64,000 bases of DNA, taken from positions 64,205 through 128,204 of the forward strand of contig JAEUTA010000021.1 in NCBI GenBank assembly GCA_016788205.1. Direction: 5' to 3'. The translations under genes were made by a program, and so were the position numbers. Source of the stretch: Flavobacteriales bacterium. Its GTDB lineage: Bacteria > Bacteroidota > Bacteroidia > Flavobacteriales_F > PHOS-HE28. Below, piece by piece: positions 35,899-45,409 of this stretch; position 1 is the stretch's first letter; each line of letters opens with the position of its first letter. The notes below the pieces were generated by a model. It worked only from the letters and a program-made list of their open reading frames with translations, had not been told where the DNA came from and did not search any database.

Positions 35899-37605
35899 TT
35901 ACCGCGTGGTCCGAGCACGCATGCGGCGCCGAAGCCCGTGGAACGAAAGGGCGACCAACAATGCCAGCGTAACGATGACGGCCGCCCGCCCGACGAGATC
36001 GCCGTAGCGAACGAAGAAGGTGAGTTCGCTGTTCAAATGGACGGTGCGCCGTTCCGCTGTTGCGACCCACCACGCGGTGGGCCTCGCGATCACTCCGCGT
36101 TGATCCACGAAACACGAGATACCGGTATTCGCCGAGCGAACCACATCGCGCCGCGTCTCGATGGCGCGGATACTTGAGAAGGTCAGGTGTTGGTGATAGC
36201 CCGGTGAATCGCCCCACCACGCATCGTTGGTGATCACCGCGATGAGGTTGCCACCGTTGCGCACATGCGCCGCGACATGCTCGCCGAAGACGGATTCATA
36301 ACAGATGGCCGGAACGAGCTTCAATCCACTGCTGGCATCAACGAGCACCTTGCGTTCATCCTGCGTGCCGAGGCTCCCGGAAACGCCACCGAGGTCCACG
36401 GAAAGGTCGCTCACGTAGCCCAGCACCTCCTCGAAGGGCATCGCCTCCACACCTGCGACGAGCTTGGACTTGTTGTATACATCTGCCGGTCCCTTCGCTG
36501 GCAGGAAGAGCGCGGCATTGTAGTCCTCGTACCAGCGTTGTTCACCTTCCGGAAGCCCTTCTTCGCGGTACAAGGGTTTCGCCGGCGGCCGCACCTCGGC
36601 GTACTTCGGGAAAAGGAACATGGACGACATGCCCGTGAGCACGGCTGCGTGACGGTGTTCTTCCTGGAAGTTCTCCAAGCGTTGTGTGCTGCGCGCCTGT
36701 TCGATGGCGTTCTCCCACAATCCATGGTAGACCGGCACCGGCCCGTTCATGTCCACGTATGTCGCTTCCTGTAGGGCGGTCTCGGGCATCACCACCAACG
36801 CGGTACTGTCGGTCATCACCGTTCGCGCCAGCGCCAGCATGCCATCCAATTGCTTCAACGGGTCCACGCCGCCGAACTTCTCCGTGTAAGGATCCACGCA
36901 AGGCTGCACCACCACCGCCTCCAGCCCCGGGCCCCGGTCGGCCTCAACGGTGGTGAAGCGCCAGAGCGAAAGCGCGATGGGCAACAGGGTAAGTACGAAG
37001 ACCGCGGAAGTGTTGCGCAGCGTTCCGCGCCTTCCGCCTTTCCATTCGGTGATGGTGCGGTCCAGCATGAAGTTGACGAGCAGTACCCAGAGACTTCCGC
37101 CGAGCATGCCCGTGATCTCGTACCACTGGATCCAGTGTGGGCTGGTGCCGAACACATTGCCGATGGAGAACCATGGCCATTGCAGGTCCCAGCCGTGGTG
37201 CAGGCGTTCGAAAGCGAGCCAGGAGGCGATGAAGGCGAACGTTGCCGCACGCGCTCCGAATGCCCGTCCGGCAAGTCGTTTGATCCACCAGGAGATCACC
37301 ATGAGCAGGGAGTTCACCACCATGGGCGAGAAGCCGCTCACCAATCGCGTCCCCAGCGGTTCGCTCACGCAGAAGAACCACCACGAGCAGGACGCGTTCC
37401 AGATGAAGACAGCGAGCAGCACGTAGGGAACGAAGGCTCGCTTGCGGCCCGCGGTGCGTTCATCGTGCAAGCGTTCGGCATGCAGCAAGGGCCACCACGC
37501 CGCGAAAGCAAGGAAGGAAAGACCGCCGACCGCAGGCCAGGCCAATGCCCACAACGCGCCGCTGAGTGCGGCCCAGAGCAGAACGCGTATCCGTGTGGTG
37601 GGCAT
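35899..37605 (-). CDS. lnt: Apolipoprotein N-acyltransferase-like (N-terminal polytopic membrane domain plus CN-hydrolase domain).
   Basis: 568 aa, multiple N-terminal TM segments, and a CN-hydrolase region with catalytic Cys context AICYESVFGEH. Confidence 0.75.
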   Translation of the reverse strand: MPTTRIRVLLWAALSGALWALAWPAVGGLSFLAFAAWWPLLHAERLHDERTAGRKRAFVPYVLLAVFIWNASCSWWFFCVSEPLGTRLVSGFSPMVVNSLLMVISWWIKRLAGRAFGARAATFAFIASWLAFERLHHGWDLQWPWFSIGNVFGTSPHWIQWYEITGMLGGSLWVLLVNFMLDRTITEWKGGRRGTLRNTSAVFVLTLLPIALSLWRFTTVEADRGPGLEAVVVQPCVDPYTEKFGGVDPLKQLDGMLALARTVMTDSTALVVMPETALQEATYVDMNGPVPVYHGLWENAIEQARSTQRLENFQEEHRHAAVLTGMSSMFLFPKYAEVRPPAKPLYREEGLPEGEQRWYEDYNAALFLPAKGPADVYNKSKLVAGVEAMPFEEVLGYVSDLSVDLGGVSGSLGTQDERKVLVDASSGLKLVPAICYESVFGEHVAAHVRNGGNLIAVITNDAWWGDSPGYHQHLTFSSIRAIETRRDVVRSANTGISCFVDQRGVIARPTAWWVATAERRTVHLNSELTFFVRYGDLVGRAAVIVTLALLVALSFHGLRRRMRARTTR

Positions 37606-37638
37606 CAGCCGCCGAAAGTAAGCGGCCGTTGCACGCCG

Positions 37639-40600
37639 TTAGAGCTTGTACATCTTGCCGAAGCCCTTGGTGAAATACGTGGCCGCATCGGTGGCGCGGT
37701 ACTCCACATCCTCCCCGTTGATCTGCGTGATGACCCGGTACAGGTAAACACCACGTGCGAGCTTATCACCGAACTCATCGGTACCGTCCCACGCGAAGTC
37801 GGTGATGTTGCGGCCCACACGCAGCGGTCCCAACTCGTGCATCTTCACTTCGCGCACCACCTTGCCGGTCACGGTCATGATCTGGATCTTCATGTACGAA
37901 GGCACGACGCTTCCAGTGAGGGTGAACACGAAACGGGTGCTCGTGGTGAACGGGTTCGGGTAGTTGAGCACCTCGGTGATGGTGCTGCGGTTGATGACCT
38001 CGAAACCGATCTTGTAATCGTTGTCGCCGGAAACGTTCGCGCTCAGGTCCGAGGCCTGCACGGTGAGCAGGTATTTGCCATCGTTCACGAAAGCCGGACG
38101 GTAATAGATGCGGGCCTCGTTGTCCGGCCCGTCCGCCGGGATGAACTGCAGGTTCTCGTTCCCCTGTCCATCGCGGAAGTAGATGCGCTCTCCGGCGACG
38201 CCGGGCCGGGCAAGGAAGACCTTGAATTGTGCGGTGTCCGCCGGAGAATCCAACAGCAACACCGTGTTCTCATCGTTCAAGGAGATCTCGATCTCCGGTC
38301 GGGCGGAGACGATGTCGCCATCGAGGATGTGGATACCGTCGAAGGTCACGTCCAGCAAGGGGTTCTCGTTGTCCACCGCCACATCGAAACGCCACTGGGC
38401 GATGTTGTTGAAGTGGTACTGCTCGGGTTGATCGTACGCATCGGTCAACGTATCCACCGGGTTGGCCTCCACGATCAGCGTGTTGAGGCCGCCGAAAGGA
38501 AGCGTGCTGAAGTGCAGGGTATCCAGGTACCATGCCCCGGCGGGGAGCGGTGCGTGGCGCCGGTAGTGAACGCGGTGTGCGATGTTGTGCCGGTCCACCA
38601 CGCGGGCTTCGATCAGGAGGCTGTCCATGTCGAACTCACTGATGTTCTGCACCGCCACGGCCACGGACGCCGTTTGCCCCTGGAACCAGCCGTCCAGGGC
38701 TTGGAAGTAACCCAGCTGCGGGTTGATGGCACATTCGGGCACAGGGGTATGCAACAACTGCCAGCGTTCCATCTGGGCGGGCTTGGGCACGGTGGCACCG
38801 ATGTCGTGGAACTTGCCGCGTATGCGCACCTTCGGGAACAACGACGCGTCAACGATGGAGCCCAGGTCCAGCACCTCGTCCTGCGCGCTGGGCCATTCGC
38901 CCAGGTCCACTTCCTGGCCGCTGGCGGAAATGCCACGGATCTGGATCCGGGTGCTGTCCGTGGCGTTCACCGGATGCTCGTTCCAATAGAGGCCACCCCA
39001 CTCCAGCGCCGGACCAGCTTCCATGGTGGTGATGAAACCTTGGTCGCCACTGCTCTCCACGAAAGCGGTGAGGCGGATATCCGAGTTGATGTCGGTACCG
39101 ATCGTGTCTTGAAAGGTTCCTGCAAAACCTTTGCGCACGTAGAAGATGTAAGGCACGCTGTCTTGAAGAGAACTCAACGGTGCCCCCAAAACATCCTCCA
39201 TGTACGGCATGAGTCCCGGCTCAGACGCCATACCATCCTTGTTCATGTACAACCACGTGTACATCAACACATGATGTCCATTCGGAATACCACCTTCCAA
39301 CATGGCCTTCAGCGACGCCATCTGAGCGGGAACATTCTGTCGGAACGAGAAGTACTTCATCGGGCGATTCCTTCCACAGTTTCCAGGATTATCGTTGTGA
39401 TTCCCGAAGTTGTGATCCGGGTTGTACGTTACCGGTGGCACCACACTATTGTCCGTCCAGCGAGTCGCCCATGCCTCGAACGTATAGGGATCGACAACCG
39501 CGACGTGCCAAGCCGCCTCAGCGGAACAGCCGTTGTACTCCTGAGGAACCAGATCCAGTCGCCAACCGATATCACCATAATAGTCGAACCCTGGCGACCA
39601 AGCGGAGATCTCATGGGGGGCAGTGGTAAACTCGAAATCACGGTCCGGTCTATCGTAGACTATCGTGCTGAACTCGTCATTCTTGAACTGGAAATAGTGC
39701 GCCTGCCCCCAGCCGTGGCGATCCGGGATGTGTTGGAACGACCGTTCGTACCAGCTGTATCCACCGTTGCCGGTACTATCGATGCTGCAACGCCAGAAAT
39801 AAACGGTGCTGTCCTGTGCCGCAGTAGCCGCGTAGATGCTCGTGGGCTGCCAGGTGACCACCCCGCCCGGCGACTCGAACAAGGTGGTCTCACGCAGGGG
39901 ACTATTGAACAGGTCCGTGGTATCGATCTGGAACACGTAGTTACGCGGACCGGCCAATGGATCACCCGTGCTGGCCTTCAGCATGGGCGATGCATCGGGG
40001 ACAATGGCGAGATCGTAGGGATACGTGGGCACCAGATCGCCGGAGGTGATGAACAAGGTGGTGGCGGCCTGGTTGTTACCGGAATCGTCCAGCTCGGGGA
40101 TCAGGTCCGGGTCCATGTCCACGCGCACGCTCAGTTGGTTCACACCCTGCCCACCGGCGAAGGCGAGCGTTGGCAACCGGAAGATGGCCGTGTCCTGATA
40201 ACTGATACCGGCGAGCGTGGTGGTATGGATCTGGGGTCCGGTAAGTCCAGCATTGGTGCGCTCCAGGCGGAAGCTCACGGTATCGGGTAACACACGCCCG
40301 ATGTTGCGCACCACCACCTTCACGGAGAAGGTGTCCACATCGGCGGTCACCGTGGGCGGGTCGAAGAAGATGTCCTGTGCACCGATCGCATAGTCCGGCG
40401 ACCTGGGCGAGTTCAGCACCAGCGCCGGATCACCTTGCAGCGTCATGGTATGGGTCTGGTACCGAACGAGGATATTGTCCTGACTACCCAGGTAGTTAAA
40501 GGCCGCATAGCGCATGTGGTCACCGATGGTACCACCGTAATTGGCTGTGCCCCAACTCGTGTAGAAGAGGTCGCAATACGGGGCCAGGGTACTGATCAGC

Positions 40601-42777
40601 CCTTGGAGCGTTCCGGCCAGGAAGGCCACGGGGCCCGCGCCATCGCGCATCACCCAATCCTCGGTGGTGCTCGCCAGGTCGGCGTTCAGGTGCACGTTAC
40701 CGATGTAGCAGGAGTTACCCATCACCATGGGGTAGCGCCCGTTCCAGTCGTAGTTGCTCGGATCGTCGATGGTGATGTCGAAACTCTCCGAATACGCGTG
40801 CGCGAAGAAGTTCATGAAGGTGACGCCGCCTTCGATCAACTGCCGCACGGAATCGGCCGCGGCCGTCTCCAGGATGCTGGAACTGCTCTTGCGGAAGCTC
40901 CACACATCGGCACCGAAAGCGCTGTTCTCATCGATGCGCGGCTCCAACGCGGTAAGGATACCGGCCAGTTGGTCCTGCTGTGCGGCGTTGTTGCCCCCGC
41001 TCAAGTGACCTACGCGCTTCATCCACGATGCTGGCGGCTGTGCCTCGAAGCTCTGCACCTTGCCTAGGTAGGCCAGCACCTGTTCGTCGGTGCTTGCGCT
41101 CAAACGACCTACCGGTATCTCCATCAACCGCGGGTCGTTGTGCAGCCCGATGGTGAAACATTGGTCGCATGCGGGATAGCCGTACGAAGGCACCAGACAG
41201 CGCTCGTAGGCACCGTTGGGTAGTGGAGGGTACATACCGACCGGTTGAAGGGCAACGCTCGTATTGGTCACCGACTTTCCGATCAGGAACAACCCGCGTG
41301 GATCGGTGGTCCAATGGTCCAGCACGTACTTGCTCCACATGCGGATGGCCAGGCCGTTCTTGGGAACACCGCCTCCGAATTGATCATAGAGCTCATCCAC
41401 ATCGGCCAGTACGGTGGGGCGTGTGCCGGGAGCCGCAGAAGAGCGGTACTGGGCGTAGGCGTTGGCGCCGGTCCATAGGGAACGGTGGGTCACCATCAAG
41501 AACGCCGAATCGGGATCCATGTCGCCGTAGTCCACGAAGTAGCCATCCTGATTCACCCGGCTCAATCCGCTCACCAAGCGCACGCCTTCCAGGGGCAACA
41601 CGATGGTCTCCGTGGTCGCACTATCCGCGAACGCGGGCACCAAGGCCTGCCAGGTGGCGCCGGCCGCCGTGGGGAGTATGCGGTGCATGGTCTCCCCTGC
41701 GGCATACAGCACCGGTGTTCCCGTGTAACCGCTAAGATCCAACCGGGAGACGAGCTGCCCGGTTCCGTTCGGCACCCACAATTCGGTGGGCGCATTACCG
41801 CCCATGGCCAGCGTGCGCGCATAGCGCACCGTGGCGGAGCCTGCTGCCTGGAAATCCAAGTAATCCGTACTCCACGAACTGAGCGGTAGATCGTGCGGCA
41901 CCCTGTACCGGAGATAGAGCGCCGACGTCATTGCGGAGGCGGGCATCTCGAACTGATGGTGGGTCGCGACCGCACCCCGGTAGGCGCTGTCGATGTAGAG
42001 CTCACCCGCGCCGGGCCCCGCGTAGATCTGCAGGTGATGGTCGTCGTAATTGAAGCCACCCGGATTGGTCATCGCCGCCGCAGTGGCATGCACCGTAACG
42101 GGAGGTGCGTCGGCCGCGATGTAGGGCGATGGCGTTGGCGTGTAGAAGCCCTGCTCCACCGTGACATCGCTGGTGTAGAGCGGAGCACCGCCCCACCCTT
42201 CGCCCGATTGATGCAGACCGCTGGTGGCACCAAGGCCCGGGTCCACGAAGCCCGGCCAGTAGAAGTCCATGAGGCCGTTCTTGACGAAGCCCCAGACCCA
42301 AGGCTCCGGGGTGTAACTGTCGATGTCCGTATTCACATAAGGCAATACGCGCCTCTTCTCCACCAGCGGATCAGGGTCCCACGTGATGAAGTAGTGGATG
42401 GTATCGTTGTACTGACTGTAATACGGATTGATGTGCTGCTGGGCGTTCCCGTACATCCGCGTATCGATCCAGCCATCGTTCTTGCGCCCTACGAATTCGA
42501 TGAAATCGCCCGCGTTCAGCACGCCATCGTCACCGCCTTGGATGTAGAGGGGCACCTGCTGTTCACGCCCGAAGAGCATGATCTCCGCCGGGTCCACCGT
42601 GGCGATGGGGAATCCAGCGTTCGCCAGGGTGACGGAGTCCAGCCGATGCAGGCCGGTGCTGTAGACGTCGAAACGCCAGTACTGCCGATCATGATCGATC
42701 CATTCGTTGCCGTACGTCTGCCCGAACGAGGCGGCGGCACGGAAAAGGACGATGATGAGCAGTAACGGTCGCATCAT
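37639..42777 (-). CDS. Giant C25 (gingipain-family) peptidase-like protein of 1712 aa with a T9SS C-terminal sorting domain.
   Basis: Signal peptide and a gingipain-like N-terminal domain (WRFDVYSTGLHRLD...GDFIEFVGRKNDGW). The His/Cys pair is NFFAHAYSESF ... VMGNSCYIGNV. The C-terminal approx 80 aa (NYPNPFTTSTRFVF...GVYLYRVI) match the Por secretion-system sorting domain. There is a 4-nt overlap with the upstream PorV-like gene. Confidence 0.8.
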   Translation of the reverse strand: MMRPLLLIIVLFRAAASFGQTYGNEWIDHDRQYWRFDVYSTGLHRLDSVTLANAGFPIATVDPAEIMLFGREQQVPLYIQGGDDGVLNAGDFIEFVGRKNDGWIDTRMYGNAQQHINPYYSQYNDTIHYFITWDPDPLVEKRRVLPYVNTDIDSYTPEPWVWGFVKNGLMDFYWPGFVDPGLGATSGLHQSGEGWGGAPLYTSDVTVEQGFYTPTPSPYIAADAPPVTVHATAAAMTNPGGFNYDDHHLQIYAGPGAGELYIDSAYRGAVATHHQFEMPASAMTSALYLRYRVPHDLPLSSWSTDYLDFQAAGSATVRYARTLAMGGNAPTELWVPNGTGQLVSRLDLSGYTGTPVLYAAGETMHRILPTAAGATWQALVPAFADSATTETIVLPLEGVRLVSGLSRVNQDGYFVDYGDMDPDSAFLMVTHRSLWTGANAYAQYRSSAAPGTRPTVLADVDELYDQFGGGVPKNGLAIRMWSKYVLDHWTTDPRGLFLIGKSVTNTSVALQPVGMYPPLPNGAYERCLVPSYGYPACDQCFTIGLHNDPRLMEIPVGRLSASTDEQVLAYLGKVQSFEAQPPASWMKRVGHLSGGNNAAQQDQLAGILTALEPRIDENSAFGADVWSFRKSSSSILETAAADSVRQLIEGGVTFMNFFAHAYSESFDITIDDPSNYDWNGRYPMVMGNSCYIGNVHLNADLASTTEDWVMRDGAGPVAFLAGTLQGLISTLAPYCDLFYTSWGTANYGGTIGDHMRYAAFNYLGSQDNILVRYQTHTMTLQGDPALVLNSPRSPDYAIGAQDIFFDPPTVTADVDTFSVKVVVRNIGRVLPDTVSFRLERTNAGLTGPQIHTTTLAGISYQDTAIFRLPTLAFAGGQGVNQLSVRVDMDPDLIPELDDSGNNQAATTLFITSGDLVPTYPYDLAIVPDASPMLKASTGDPLAGPRNYVFQIDTTDLFNSPLRETTLFESPGGVVTWQPTSIYAATAAQDSTVYFWRCSIDSTGNGGYSWYERSFQHIPDRHGWGQAHYFQFKNDEFSTIVYDRPDRDFEFTTAPHEISAWSPGFDYYGDIGWRLDLVPQEYNGCSAEAAWHVAVVDPYTFEAWATRWTDNSVVPPVTYNPDHNFGNHNDNPGNCGRNRPMKYFSFRQNVPAQMASLKAMLEGGIPNGHHVLMYTWLYMNKDGMASEPGLMPYMEDVLGAPLSSLQDSVPYIFYVRKGFAGTFQDTIGTDINSDIRLTAFVESSGDQGFITTMEAGPALEWGGLYWNEHPVNATDSTRIQIRGISASGQEVDLGEWPSAQDEVLDLGSIVDASLFPKVRIRGKFHDIGATVPKPAQMERWQLLHTPVPECAINPQLGYFQALDGWFQGQTASVAVAVQNISEFDMDSLLIEARVVDRHNIAHRVHYRRHAPLPAGAWYLDTLHFSTLPFGGLNTLIVEANPVDTLTDAYDQPEQYHFNNIAQWRFDVAVDNENPLLDVTFDGIHILDGDIVSARPEIEISLNDENTVLLLDSPADTAQFKVFLARPGVAGERIYFRDGQGNENLQFIPADGPDNEARIYYRPAFVNDGKYLLTVQASDLSANVSGDNDYKIGFEVINRSTITEVLNYPNPFTTSTRFVFTLTGSVVPSYMKIQIMTVTGKVVREVKMHELGPLRVGRNITDFAWDGTDEFGDKLARGVYLYRVITQINGEDVEYRATDAATYFTKGFGKMYKL

Positions 42778-43913
42778 GCGGGCTTCTTGAACAGGTCGAA
42801 CTTCAGGGAGAAGATGTTGGAGTACAGCGCCACGCTGTTGTCACCGATATCGGTGAGGGCATAATCCAGTGAGACGCTCTTGATCTTCAGGCCCAGGCCG
42901 ATGTTGGGCTGGATGGAGAGCTGCCTGGCATCGGTGATGTCGGTAACGTACTGGATGTTGCTCAACCCCGTGCGCACGTATACCACGCCGGCATAACCGA
43001 GCTCCAGTCCAACGCGCGGATCCACGCTCACGAGATCCGACTGGACCAAGGTGTTCCGTTTGCCATCGAAGGTGTTCTCCAGGTCCACGGCGGCGATCAG
43101 GTCGAACTTGCTGCCGAACTTGAACTGGCGTGCGATGCCAAGGTTCAACCGGGGCAGGGTCACCTCCACGCTGTTCACCGGAATGTCGTTACCCGTCTGG
43201 CCGAAGACCTCGATGGTGCGCTGGTCCAGGGTGTAGCTCCACGCATTGAAGGTACTGGTGACATCGCGGGCCACCGCGCTGAAACGCCATTGGTCGCGCT
43301 GGTACTGCACACCGGCATCCAGACCGAAACCCCAGGCCTTGCCGAAGCTGCCCACGCGCCGGTAGATGATCTTGGCGTTACCACCGACCTGCAGGCCCGG
43401 CACGTTCAACTTGCGCGCATAGCTGATGATGAAGGCGTGGTCCGCTGAGCTGAACGAGGTGATCCGGTCGTAATCGATGTTGCCGCTGGGGTCGATCAGG
43501 TCGATGGTGTTCGGGATGTTGTCGATGCCGAAGCGGACGAAGGTGAACCCGATGGTACTGGCCGTATCGATGGGCTTGGCCAGGCCGATGTAGTCGTACT
43601 TGGCGATGCCGGCGAAATATTCACTGTGCATGGCACCCACCTGCAGGTCTCCCTTCACGCCGAGCAGACCGGCCGGGTTCCAGTAGCCGCTGGTCACATC
43701 GTTCACCACGGCGGTGTACGCACTGCCCATGCCCAACGCACGTGCCCCAACGCCCACGGCGAGGAACTCGTTGCTGTACTTGGGCGCATCCAAGCCGCCA
43801 CTGCTCTGCGGACCCGATCCGGTGGATCCAGGTTGTGCATGGGCGGCCGAGAACGTCATTAGGGCAGCGGCTAGGAAGGCATTGCGCATCCCCTTGATCT
43901 TCACAGTGTTCAT
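42774..43913 (-). CDS. PorV/PorQ-family T9SS outer-membrane beta-barrel protein (FadL-like).
   Basis: 379 aa with a signal peptide and the N-terminal motif FLAVGVGARALGMGSAYTAVVNDVTSGYWNPAGL characteristic of the PorV/PorQ family. Beta-barrel pattern ending in a terminal aromatic. Confidence 0.6.
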   Translation of the reverse strand: MNTVKIKGMRNAFLAAALMTFSAAHAQPGSTGSGPQSSGGLDAPKYSNEFLAVGVGARALGMGSAYTAVVNDVTSGYWNPAGLLGVKGDLQVGAMHSEYFAGIAKYDYIGLAKPIDTASTIGFTFVRFGIDNIPNTIDLIDPSGNIDYDRITSFSSADHAFIISYARKLNVPGLQVGGNAKIIYRRVGSFGKAWGFGLDAGVQYQRDQWRFSAVARDVTSTFNAWSYTLDQRTIEVFGQTGNDIPVNSVEVTLPRLNLGIARQFKFGSKFDLIAAVDLENTFDGKRNTLVQSDLVSVDPRVGLELGYAGVVYVRTGLSNIQYVTDITDARQLSIQPNIGLGLKIKSVSLDYALTDIGDNSVALYSNIFSLKFDLFKKPA

Positions 43914-44025
43914 TCGCTATCTGGTTGACGCAGCTTCCAACGGCGGGTGGCCTGGATCATTGCCCGAATTTATCCCAACTTCGGCCCCGTTCGCGGCGTG
44001 TACGGTCACGCCCGAAATTACAGGA

Positions 44026-44901
44026 ATGGCACGCCTTCCACGGATACCCGACCTCCTCACCACCGCGAACCTAGCCTGTGGGGTTTGTTCCATCCTGCTG
44101 GCCTCTCAAGGACAGCTAACACTCGCGTGTTGGCTCGTGTTCGCCGGAGCGCTCTTCGACGTGTTCGACGGGCTGGCCGCACGGGCCTTGGGCGGGGGAA
44201 CGCCGCTGGGTGCGCAGCTGGATAGCCTGGCGGATATGGTGACGTTCGGGGTGGCGCCGGGGATGCTGGTCTGGTCGGTGGCTCTACCTGCATTGGAAAT
44301 GGGGCAGGTATTTTCCAGTGCGATGCACTCACTTCCTCCAGCCCTTCCCGACGCAACTGCCTATTCACACAGTACCCCGGCCCATCCCATGAACTACTGG
44401 ATCACGCTGATCGCTGTGCTATTGATACCCATCTCCTCAGCGTGGCGCTTGGCCAAGTTCAACATCGACACTCGACAGACCAGTGGCTTCCTCGGCCTTC
44501 CCACCCCGGCGAACGCGCTCTTTTGGGCTTCTGTTGTTCTAGCCATAAGCGGAATACACAACTTCATACGCACGGACTGGCCCATGAGCATCGGCAGTAA
44601 TGCTCAGGCGATTGATCCATCGTTTCGGATCGACCCGGAGCTTTTCTATCGCCTCTTAATATCATTGCCCTACGCATTGCTTGGTCTAAGCTTGGTCCTC
44701 GGCGCCCTCATGCTCTCCGAGCTCCCCCTCCCCTCCCTCAAGTTCAAGCATTTCAAGTGGAAGGGCAACGAGGTGATGTTCCTGCTGCTGGGGATCGGGT
44801 TGGTGCTGGTGGTGCTCTACGGTGTGCTGGCCGTGCCGTTGATCCTGGTGCTGTACCTGTTGAGCCCGTTGTGGGGGCGGGTTTTCGCGAAGGCATTGTG
44901 A
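44026..44901 (+). CDS. CDP-alcohol phosphatidyltransferase family protein (phosphatidylserine synthase-like).
   Basis: N-terminal LLTTANLACGVCSILLA...GALFDVFDGLAARALGG..GAQLDSLADMVTFGVAPG matches the CDP-OH_P_transf motif D-G-x2-A-R-x8-G-x3-D-x3-D. The start is set at Met 44026. Confidence 0.7.
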   Translation: MARLPRIPDLLTTANLACGVCSILLASQGQLTLACWLVFAGALFDVFDGLAARALGGGTPLGAQLDSLADMVTFGVAPGMLVWSVALPALEMGQVFSSAMHSLPPALPDATAYSHSTPAHPMNYWITLIAVLLIPISSAWRLAKFNIDTRQTSGFLGLPTPANALFWASVVLAISGIHNFIRTDWPMSIGSNAQAIDPSFRIDPELFYRLLISLPYALLGLSLVLGALMLSELPLPSLKFKHFKWKGNEVMFLLLGIGLVLVVLYGVLAVPLILVLYLLSPLWGRVFAKAL

Positions 44902-45072
44902 CCCGCTGCCGTCCGCTTTTGTACGCACCGTCTAGCTTGTCGACCCGGTGGGTCGACGCTACGGGTGCGATGGAACAACCGCATCACGATGCCGACCACT
45001 GGCCATTCCATTGCACATTCGCAATTCCCTGCGACCTTTGCGCCTCCGCGTCTCTGCGGTGAATCAGGAACC

Positions 45073-45327
45073 ATGAAGACCTTCCGCGCCTCCATCGATG
45101 TGATGCCCCACGACAACCTGCTCGATCCGCAAGGCAAGGCGGTGAGCGGCAGCATGCAGAACCTCGGCCTGCCCGAGATCACCGGCGTGCGCATCGGCAA
45201 ACACATCACCCTTTCGGTGGAAGCCAAGGACAAGAAAGCCGCCGAAGCCAAGGTGGACGAAGCGTGCAAGAAGCTCTTGGCGAACCAGATCATGGAGAAG
45301 TACGCGTTCTCCATCGAAGAAGCCTGA
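45073..45327 (+). CDS. purS: Phosphoribosylformylglycinamidine synthase subunit PurS.
   Basis: 84 aa: MKTFRASIDVMPHDNLLDPQGKAV...ANQIMEKYAFSIEEA, PurS-like. Confidence 0.75.
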   Translation: MKTFRASIDVMPHDNLLDPQGKAVSGSMQNLGLPEITGVRIGKHITLSVEAKDKKAAEAKVDEACKKLLANQIMEKYAFSIEEA

Positions 45328-45335
45328 ACAAGGCT

Positions 45336-45393
45336 CAAGTGGCAAGGGTCAAGTGCCAAGCTCCAACGCTTGATACTTGACCCTTGCTACTTG
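45336..45393. terminator. Long imperfect palindrome (26-bp arms, 3 mismatches, 6-nt loop) between convergent purS and lptB.
   Basis: CAAGTGGCAAGGGTCAAGTGCCAAGC-tccaac-GCTTGATACTTGACCCTTGCTACTTG, with further ACTTGAC-like repeats through 45405. Confidence 0.5.
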
Positions 45394-45409
45394 TTACTTG
45401 ACACTTGCC

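Noticed and set aside
36850-40290. A 1146-aa ORF on the + strand (plus 40435-41067 and 41893-42765) opposite the 1712-aa C25-like gene.
   Set aside because: Its translation is low-complexity, rich in Arg, His and Gly, with no motifs. The minus strand encodes a coherent protein with a signal peptide, a C25 domain and a T9SS sorting domain. Long antisense shadow ORFs are expected at about 63% GC.
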